Part shown: one piece after another, positions 55,652-63,636 of the stretch
Layout of the letters: each line of letters opens with the position of its first letter
Numbering within the stretch: position 1 is the stretch's first letter
Source: Candidatus Omnitrophota bacterium
GTDB lineage: Bacteria; Omnitrophota; Gorgyraeia; Tantalellales; Tantalellaceae
Length of the DNA: 63,636 bases
Assembly: GCA_041667545.1 (NCBI GenBank)
Contig: JBAYES010000005.1
Span: 1-63,636, forward strand
Direction: 5' to 3'
The notes under the pieces: generated by a model
Seen by the model: only the letters and a program-made list of their open reading frames with translations
Database searches by the model: none
What the model was told of the DNA's origin: nothing
Made by a program: the position numbers and the translations under genes

Positions 55652-55679
55652 TTGACAAACGCAACGCCTAATGTATAAT
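55652..55679 (+). promoter_or_regulatory. Near-consensus promoter of the rnf operon
   Basis: TTGACA (55652-55657), 16 nt, TGTATAAT (extended -10, TATAAT at 55674-55679), 38 nt before the rnfC ATG. Confidence 0.65.
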
Positions 55680-55716
55680 GTACTTTCGTTCGTCCTTATT
55701 ACCCACAGGAGAGAAA

Positions 55717-57054
55717 ATGTCAAGATCCCTTACTTTCAAGGGCGGGATACATCCGGAATATTGCAAGGAGAAGAGCATATGCGAACCTTTGAGGGAAGCT
55801 CCGCTTCCTAAGACGGTGATAGTGCCTTTGTCCCAGCACATAGGAGCTCCGAATATCCCGGTGGTAAAAAAGGGCGACGCCGTGGAAGAGGGCGATGTCG
55901 TCGGGAAAAGCGACAGTTTTATCTCTTCTCCGGTGCACTCTTCGGTTTCCGGTAAAGTTCTGGATATAAAAAAGGCCTTCCACCCGGCGATGGGCCCTGT
56001 AATGTCGGTTTTTATCGAACGCGATGAAACAAAACTTCCGCGAATCTACGAAATAAAGAATACGCTTGAAAACCTTTCGGCAGACGAGATAATCGAGAAA
56101 GTAAGGTCTGCCGGAACGGTCGGGATGGGCGGCGCCGCTTTTCCCACGCACGTAAAGTTAAGCGTTCCCGCCGGGAAAAAAATCGATACTCTTATAATAA
56201 ACGGCGCGGAATGCGAGCCGTATCTTACCTGCGACCAGGTTTTGATGGAAAAAAAGACAAAAGAGATCCTTCTGGGAGTACGTATCGCCAGGCGGATACT
56301 CAAGCCGGACCGCATATTCATTTCAGTGGAGGATAATAAAAAGGCCGATATTCTTGCTTTTCAAAAGGTCCTCAAAGAGCTGGGGCCGGACATTTCATCG
56401 GGAGTTTCCGTGGTACCTCTCAAGACAAAATATCCGCAGGGCGGAGAAAAACAGCTTATTAAAGCTATAACCGGCAGAGAAGTCCCTCCGGGGAAACTTC
56501 CTCTTGATGTAGGCTGTGTGGTGCAGAATGTCGGCACTATGAACGCAATATATGAGGCCGTGATCATGGAAAAGCCGCTTATTGAGAGAATTATCACTGT
56601 GTCGGGCGATTGCGTATCGAAATGCGGTAATTATGTCGCGCGGGTAGGAACAACAATAAAGGACCTTGTAGAGCTTTGCGGCATTGAAATGAGAACAGAA
56701 CCGTACAAGATAATAGCGGGCGGGCCCATGATGGGGGTTGCTCAAACGAGCATGGATGCGCCCATATTAAAAAGCACTTCCGGCATTCTTTTTCTGTCCG
56801 ATAAAGCGGCCAGGACGTACAGTGAACAAAATTGCATAAGATGCGCGAAATGTGTCGATGTTTGTCCTATGATGCTCACACCGACGGATATAATGAGAAA
56901 TGTCAAAAAAGAGAGATGGGATAAAGCGGAGGAACTCAACATACTGGATTGCATGGAATGCGGGAGCTGTTCCTACGTGTGTCCCGCGAGAATACCTCTG
57001 GTGCAGTATATAAAGGAAGGAAAGACGGTTTTAGCAAGGATGAAAAGGGCATGA
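55717..57054 (+). CDS. rnfC: Rnf electron-transport complex subunit C
   Basis: GGIHP N-terminus, GMGGAAFPTH, and two ferredoxin motifs (CIRCAKCVDVCP, CMECGSCSYVCP). Confidence 0.9.
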   Translation: MSRSLTFKGGIHPEYCKEKSICEPLREAPLPKTVIVPLSQHIGAPNIPVVKKGDAVEEGDVVGKSDSFISSPVHSSVSGKVLDIKKAFHPAMGPVMSVFIERDETKLPRIYEIKNTLENLSADEIIEKVRSAGTVGMGGAAFPTHVKLSVPAGKKIDTLIINGAECEPYLTCDQVLMEKKTKEILLGVRIARRILKPDRIFISVEDNKKADILAFQKVLKELGPDISSGVSVVPLKTKYPQGGEKQLIKAITGREVPPGKLPLDVGCVVQNVGTMNAIYEAVIMEKPLIERIITVSGDCVSKCGNYVARVGTTIKDLVELCGIEMRTEPYKIIAGGPMMGVAQTSMDAPILKSTSGILFLSDKAARTYSEQNCIRCAKCVDVCPMMLTPTDIMRNVKKERWDKAEELNILDCMECGSCSYVCPARIPLVQYIKEGKTVLARMKRA

Positions 57055-57998
57055 GAACACTTACCATAAGCGCATCTCCGCATATATCTTCTCCGGCAGG
57101 GACCGCGGACCTGATGAAAGACGTTATAAAAGCGCTTATTCCCGCTCTCGCCGCCGGAATATATTTTTTCAGGGGGAGCGCCGTGGGCATTATAATCGCC
57201 TCGGTGGCCGGATGTATCTTTTCGGAAATATTTTTACAGAAAATAAGAAAAAGGCCGGTCGAGACCGGCAATTACAGTTCTCTCTTGACCGGGCTTCTTC
57301 TCGCCATGGTGCTTCCACCGGGCCTCCCCCTATGGATGGCTTTTCTCGGCGGAGCTGTGGCGATAGGCCTGGGCAAGGAAATTTTCGGCGGACTGGGCTG
57401 CAATATTTTCAACCCGGCCCTTCTGGCCAGGGCTTTTCTTATGGCGGCTTTTCCCGTCGCGCTTACGACATGGAAACAGCCCATAACGCTTGACGCTGTT
57501 ACAACGGCTACGCCTTTGGGGCTGGCTAAGTTCGAGGGGTACGCGACGCCCTTCACTCAGCTGGCGGCGGGGAATGTTAGCGGATGTGTTGGTGAGACCT
57601 CAGCCGCGGCCCTTCTGGCCGGAATAGCGTATTTGCTGTATAAAAAGGTTATAGATTACAGGATACCGGCGGCTTATGTGGGAACGGTAGCAATATTTTC
57701 TCTTATAACCCGACTTATATCGCCGGATACCTATATGGGGCCCGTATTCCATATTTTCGCGGGAGGACTTCTTCTGGGCGCGGGATTTATGGCTACCGAT
57801 CCGGTTACTTCCCCGGTTACCGCTAAAGGCAGATGGGTGTTCGGGACGGGATGCGGACTTGTGACTATGACCATAAGGCTCTGGGGAGGGCTTCCGGAAG
57901 GGGTTATGTACTCCATTTTGCTTATGAACGCGTGCACGCCGATAATAAACAGGTTCACACGTCCGAGACGTTTCGGAGTAAGCCGGGGAGGAGTATAA
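57051..57998 (+). CDS. rnfD: Rnf complex subunit D
   Basis: ISASPHI start, polytopic, with a TGATPL-like TTATPL (FMN attachment region). ATGA overlap with rnfC. Confidence 0.9.
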   Translation: MRTLTISASPHISSPAGTADLMKDVIKALIPALAAGIYFFRGSAVGIIIASVAGCIFSEIFLQKIRKRPVETGNYSSLLTGLLLAMVLPPGLPLWMAFLGGAVAIGLGKEIFGGLGCNIFNPALLARAFLMAAFPVALTTWKQPITLDAVTTATPLGLAKFEGYATPFTQLAAGNVSGCVGETSAAALLAGIAYLLYKKVIDYRIPAAYVGTVAIFSLITRLISPDTYMGPVFHIFAGGLLLGAGFMATDPVTSPVTAKGRWVFGTGCGLVTMTIRLWGGLPEGVMYSILLMNACTPIINRFTRPRRFGVSRGGV

Positions 57999-58002
57999 AG
58001 CG

Positions 58003-58560
58003 ATGAAGCGCGTGATCAACAGTGATGTATTCAAAATGATAACGGCGCTTGCTTGTGTAGGAGTGATATCGGCGGTGGCTCTTGTTTTTGTCTACAACTA
58101 TTCCGTTCCGAAGATCATAGAGAATGTGAACAGGGCCACACAGGAAGGGATAAAAAACATTTTTCCGAAAGCCGATAAGATAAAAGAGACTTCCTTTGCC
58201 GGCGTTTATGAAGTGAAAAACAAGGCCGGCAAGGATCTCGGGTATGCCTTCACGGCGGAAGGCAACGGTTACCAGGGGAAAATACAGTTAATAGCCGGAG
58301 TGGATAAAGAGTTTAAAACATTGTCGGGCATGGAAGTCCTGGAATCTCAGGAAACACCGGGCCTTGGCGCGGAAATATCGGGAGATTTCCGTAAGCAGTT
58401 CTCAGGCCTTTCGGTCTCGAACGGAATAGAATACGTTAAGAACAAAAAACCGGAAAAGCCGGGACAGATAGAAGCTATAACCGGGGCGACTATCTCATCG
58501 AGGGCGGTCGTTAACATGCTCAATGACCGGTTGAGACAGCTTAGGGAAAATCTGGACTAA
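58003..58560 (+). CDS. rnfG: Rnf complex subunit G
   Basis: One N-terminal TM, ETPGLG, and the ITGATISS (FMN-binding Thr/Ser) motif. Confidence 0.9.
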   Translation: MKRVINSDVFKMITALACVGVISAVALVFVYNYSVPKIIENVNRATQEGIKNIFPKADKIKETSFAGVYEVKNKAGKDLGYAFTAEGNGYQGKIQLIAGVDKEFKTLSGMEVLESQETPGLGAEISGDFRKQFSGLSVSNGIEYVKNKKPEKPGQIEAITGATISSRAVVNMLNDRLRQLRENLD

Positions 58561-58573
58561 GACGGATAAGAAT

Positions 58574-59176
58574 ATGAAAAATGATCTTCTAAAAGGCCTT
58601 TGGAAAGAGAACCCTGTTTTTGTGCAGGTGCTTGGGATGTGTCCCACGCTGGCCGTGACAACCAAATCTGTTTTCGGGCTTTCCATGGGCCTGGCCACGA
58701 CCTTTGTTTTGATCTCTTCAAGTGTTGTCGTTTCACTTATCCGGAAAATGGTGCCGCCTCAGGTAAGAATACCCATGTACACGGTTATTATAGCCACATT
58801 CGTAACGGCCGCCGATTACTTTCTTAAGGCCAATTTTTATGAGATAAGTAAGGCGCTCGGCCCGTACGTTCCGCTTATAGTCGTGAACTGCGTTATACTC
58901 GGCAGGGCCGAAGCTTTCGCTTCCAAGAATGTTCCCGTAAGGGCCTTTCTAGACGCCCTGGGAATGGGAGCCGGATTTACGGCGGCTCTCATTGTTCTTG
59001 GTTCCTGCCGGGAGATATTGGGAGCCGGGTCCCTTTTTGGCATAAGGGTGATGCCGGAAGGTTTTACCAACTGGATAGTTATGGTTCTGCCGGCAGGGGC
59101 GTTCATTACACTGGGACTTCTGGTAGGGGCATTCAATTCTGCCAGCGGGGCCTTGAAAAAAAAGAAAAACTTATAA
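58574..59176 (+). CDS. rnfE: Rnf complex subunit E
   Basis: NPVFVQVLGMCP and VNCVILGRAEAFA motifs shared with NqrD/RnfE. Confidence 0.9.
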   Translation: MKNDLLKGLWKENPVFVQVLGMCPTLAVTTKSVFGLSMGLATTFVLISSSVVVSLIRKMVPPQVRIPMYTVIIATFVTAADYFLKANFYEISKALGPYVPLIVVNCVILGRAEAFASKNVPVRAFLDALGMGAGFTAALIVLGSCREILGAGSLFGIRVMPEGFTNWIVMVLPAGAFITLGLLVGAFNSASGALKKKKNL

Positions 59177-59209
59177 TAATGCCGGTGCGTGCTTCCGGAG
59201 AGAATAGAA

Positions 59210-59797
59210 ATGAATATTGAACATCTCATACTTATCTTTGTGGCCGCGAGTGTAACGAATAATTTCGTGCTTACTTACTTTCTGGGCATCTGTCCTTTTA
59301 TCGGGGTATCGAATAAGCTGGAAAGTTCGATAGGGCTGGGAATGGCCACGACTTTCGTAATGACCATGGCGGCCACATTTACATGGTTGATCTATCACTA
59401 CATATTGGTGCCTTATGATCTGGTTTTTCTGCAGTACGTGACTTTTATAATAGTTATCGCCAGTTTTGTGCAGTTCGTTGAAATGGTGGTCAGGAAAATA
59501 TCACCGGCGTTATACAAAGCTCTCGGTATCTTCCTGCCGCTCATAACCACTAACTGCGCCATACTCGGGCTTACTCTTTTCATGGTTCTCAGGAATTATA
59601 CTTTTCCCGAAGCGGTTGTTTTCGGGCTGGGCGCCGGGGTGGGATTCACTCTTGCCCTTGTTCTGATGGCGGGTATACGCGAAGAACTGGAATTTGCCGA
59701 CATCCCGGAAGTTCTGAAGGGCCCCGGGATAACATTGATATTGGCGGGAATGCTCGCGCTTGCTTTTATGGGTTTCGGGGGATTGATAAGCGGATAG
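59210..59797 (+). CDS. rnfA: Rnf complex subunit A
   Basis: NNFVLTYFLGICPF and TNCAILG motifs. Start set at the ATG behind GGAGAG; the ORF opens at the GTG at 59189. Confidence 0.9.
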   Translation: MNIEHLILIFVAASVTNNFVLTYFLGICPFIGVSNKLESSIGLGMATTFVMTMAATFTWLIYHYILVPYDLVFLQYVTFIIVIASFVQFVEMVVRKISPALYKALGIFLPLITTNCAILGLTLFMVLRNYTFPEAVVFGLGAGVGFTLALVLMAGIREELEFADIPEVLKGPGITLILAGMLALAFMGFGGLISG

Positions 59798-59828
59798 GGC
59801 GGGTTCGGACAATGAATGCAAGGACTAT

Positions 59829-60635
59829 ATGAATAATCTGGTAATAACGGCTGTATTGAGCATGGCATCTCTCGCGATATTTTTCGCGGCGGTGCTTGCT
59901 TTTGCCGATAAGAAACTAAAAGTGCAGGAGGATCCGAGGGTATCGGATGTTTTTGATCTTCTCCCCCATGTAAATTGCGGCGCTTGCGGATATCTGAGCT
60001 GTCATGATTTCGCGGAACACGTTGTAATGGAAGGGGAAGAGCCTCTGAAATGCCGCGTGCTCGGGGAAGAATCCAAAGAAAAATTGTTGGACTATCTCGG
60101 GAAAGACCGCGAAGAGAGTTTTCCTTATCTGCCGCTTATAAGATGTTCCGCGAGAACAGAACATAAGCCGGCTATGGCGGATTACAAAGGGATACAGACC
60201 TGCCGGGGGGCGGCTCTTGTCTTTTCCGGAGGAATGGAATGCGAATTCGGGTGTATAGGGATGGGGGATTGCGCCAGGGCCTGCCCGTTCGGAGCTATAG
60301 AAATGAAGGAGGGGCTTCCGGAAGTTAACGCGGAAAAATGCACCGGATGCGGCAAGTGCGTTCAGGCCTGCCCCAAAAACATAATAACCATGGCGGAAAA
60401 AAGACATGAAAAACTTTATTATGTCGCTTGCAGTACTCATGACGGCGCGCTCAGGGTAAGAAAAATATGCAAGAGCGGCTGTATAGCCTGCGGAATATGC
60501 GAAAAGATGTCCAAAGAAGGGTTTTTCGCGTTGAAGGATAATCTTTCCAGAGAAGATATATCTAAGCAGGGAAAACAGGAAGAAGTGGACGAGGTCGCGG
60601 CGAAATGCCCCACGAGGGTCATTAAAGTTATTTGA
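59829..60635 (+). CDS. rnfB: Rnf complex subunit B
   Basis: N-terminal TM, CGACGYLSC...C cluster, then several CxxCxxCxxxCP ferredoxin motifs. Confidence 0.9.
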   Translation: MNNLVITAVLSMASLAIFFAAVLAFADKKLKVQEDPRVSDVFDLLPHVNCGACGYLSCHDFAEHVVMEGEEPLKCRVLGEESKEKLLDYLGKDREESFPYLPLIRCSARTEHKPAMADYKGIQTCRGAALVFSGGMECEFGCIGMGDCARACPFGAIEMKEGLPEVNAEKCTGCGKCVQACPKNIITMAEKRHEKLYYVACSTHDGALRVRKICKSGCIACGICEKMSKEGFFALKDNLSREDISKQGKQEEVDEVAAKCPTRVIKVI

Positions 60636-60645
60636 CGGCGGAAAA

Positions 60646-61278
60646 ATGGAAAAGGCGGACAACAGCATAATAAGGATAGCGGTACTCGTTTCGGGCAACG
60701 GAACGAATTTACAGGCTATAATAGACGCTCAGGCAAAGGATAGCCTGGGCCCCTGCGAGGTAAAACTTGTTATAAGTGATAACCCCGAAGCTCGCGCTTT
60801 GCGCCGCGCGCGGGAAGCCGGGATCCCGGTAAAGGTCGTTGAAAAAAAACAAGGTATGCCGCGGGAAGTATTTGACGGGCTTTTGAGGGAAGAGATAGTA
60901 AGGGAAAAAATAGATCTCATTGTTCTTGCCGGTTTCATGAGGGTTTTGGGGGAGAAATTCGTAAGGGAGTTCAAGGGCAGGATAATGAACATACATCCGG
61001 CCCTTCTTCCCTGTTTCAAAGGGACATCGGCTATAGAAGACGCGTTCAATTACGGGGTGAAGGTCACCGGAGTAACGGTTCATTTTGTGGACGAGGGTGT
61101 GGATTCGGGGCCCATAATAGCCCAGAGAGAGGTGAGAATAGAAAAGTCTGATACTATCGGGACCCTTGAAGAAAAGATACACAGGACAGAACATGAGCTT
61201 TACCCCGAGGCGATACGGTATTTTGCCGAAGGAAAGCTCAAAATAGAAGGAAGAAAAGTAAAGGTCATTTCAAAAAAA

Positions 61279-61281
<3 letters not shown>
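60646..61281 (+). CDS. purN: Phosphoribosylglycinamide formyltransferase
   Basis: IAVLVSGNGTNLQAII, AGFMRVL and NIHPALLP motifs. The stop codon TAG (61279-61281) is the first three bases of the MITE terminus. Confidence 0.9.
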
Positions 61282-63053
<1,772 letters not shown>

Positions 63054-63091
63054 TGCGGCATACTTTGCTGGATATGTCTGTAGCATCTTTA

Positions 63092-63249
63092 CTACAAGGG
63101 TCTGGCATTCCCTGCGAGGGACGCTCGATTTTCCCGGCGAGAAAATCTTCGCTCGACGGACGACCTCGTTCCCCCGAGGGCCCGTGCCCTCGGGGACCAT
63201 GCCCACTCGGTCGCCCAACGCCCTCTCCGGGAACACCAGACCCTTGTAG
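63092..63249. repeat. Large palindromic element with a third type of terminus (CTACAAGGGTCTGG)
   Basis: Perfect 14-bp inverted repeat at 63092-63105 and 63236-63249. It encloses GC-rich hairpins reminiscent of MITE modules (CCCTGCGAGGGACGCTCG...). Confidence 0.6.
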
Positions 63250-63304
63250 CGGTAACACTCCGAGAAGAATTAATACGATAGTGTGTCAAAATGCTCGAAG
63301 GTAG

Positions 63305-63454
63305 AAACACAGGGGCCTTAGCGTGATTCCGAAGCATCTTTAACCGAGCGAAAGTTCGCTCTTCCTGGTTTTTTTATCTAACAAGAGCCAACTTTCGCGC
63401 CCCCGCAAGGGGCGGTTAAAGCAAGCGAGGAATTGCGCTAAGGTCCCTGTGTTT
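63305..63454. repeat. Second large palindromic element (about 150 bp)
   Basis: AAACACAGGGGCCTTAGCG (63305-63323) pairs 18/19 with CGCTAAGGTCCCTGTGTTT (63436-63454). Inner arms CTTTAACCG / CGGTTAAAG and small hairpins lie inside. Confidence 0.6.
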
Positions 63455-63636
63455 TGAGTTATGGTTTTTGGGACAATCATTAAGTAGAGACGGCCGGTAT
63501 TGTCAACCTTGGGGTTTCAGGGCGGAGGTGGCGCCGCGGGAAGCGCATACCCGGGCGGCTATTTTTGAGGCGAATTTCAGATTATCGTGCATCTTTTTCC
63601 AAAAAATATCACGGCCCAGAAGGCAGTATCGGGCTA

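Noticed and set aside
59916-60698. 260-aa antisense ORF across rnfB and the purN start
   Set aside because: It is a shadow of rnfB, whose ferredoxin motifs validate the plus frame. The same reasoning applies to 22444..23082 (porin), 31493..32182 (MinD-ferredoxin), 40874..41561 (glpA-like) and 35962..36429.
63340-63636. RNase P RNA, tmRNA, 6S or SRP RNA in the ORF-free end of the window
   Set aside because: I could not find the conserved cores I know, for example GAGGAAAGTCC for RNase P or a tRNA-like tmRNA end with a tag ORF. A covariance-model scan is needed before calling anything.

Overview
63.6-kb chromosomal segment from a diderm, apparently anaerobic bacterium. Supporting genes are an Rnf complex, HydF, many Fe-S/NifX-like genes and an outer-membrane porin. 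The lineage cannot be assigned from this sequence alone. I call about 65 protein genes, one tRNA-Arg(ACG), one frameshifted toxin gene and no rRNA or CRISPR. Housekeeping blocks are purC/purE, purN-eno-ftsB, a DAHP synthase with a PabC-like gene, recQ, tadA, rnfCDGEAB, and glpK with a three-gene glycerol-3-P dehydrogenase. These are interleaved with accessory content: (i) a 1442-aa protein with two zinc-deaminase domains in an internally duplicated architecture; (ii) an arsR-acr3-arsC operon; (iii) a DtxR-family regulator, YezD-like peptide and porin sharing a palindromic operator; (iv) a Fur-family regulator heading a 17-gene same-strand cluster (DUF5320, NifX-like, ferredoxin, Mrp, DUF89, radical SAM, double MinD-ferredoxin, J-domain, MsrBA); (v) a GNAT-deacetylase fusion; (vi) an AT-rich islet next to tRNA-Arg, within a series of tRNA-3-prime-end-like repeats; (vii) an MNT/HepT pair with a broken toxin. 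The strongest raw-sequence signal is non-coding. Two families of MITE-like elements have different terminal inverted repeats but share internal hairpin modules. There are at least 12 copies with recognisable termini, plus terminus-less fragments. Several copies are flanked by perfect 8-9 bp target-site duplications. Many sit at stop-codon or RBS junctions inside operons and change gene ends. No transposase or integrase gene is visible in the window.
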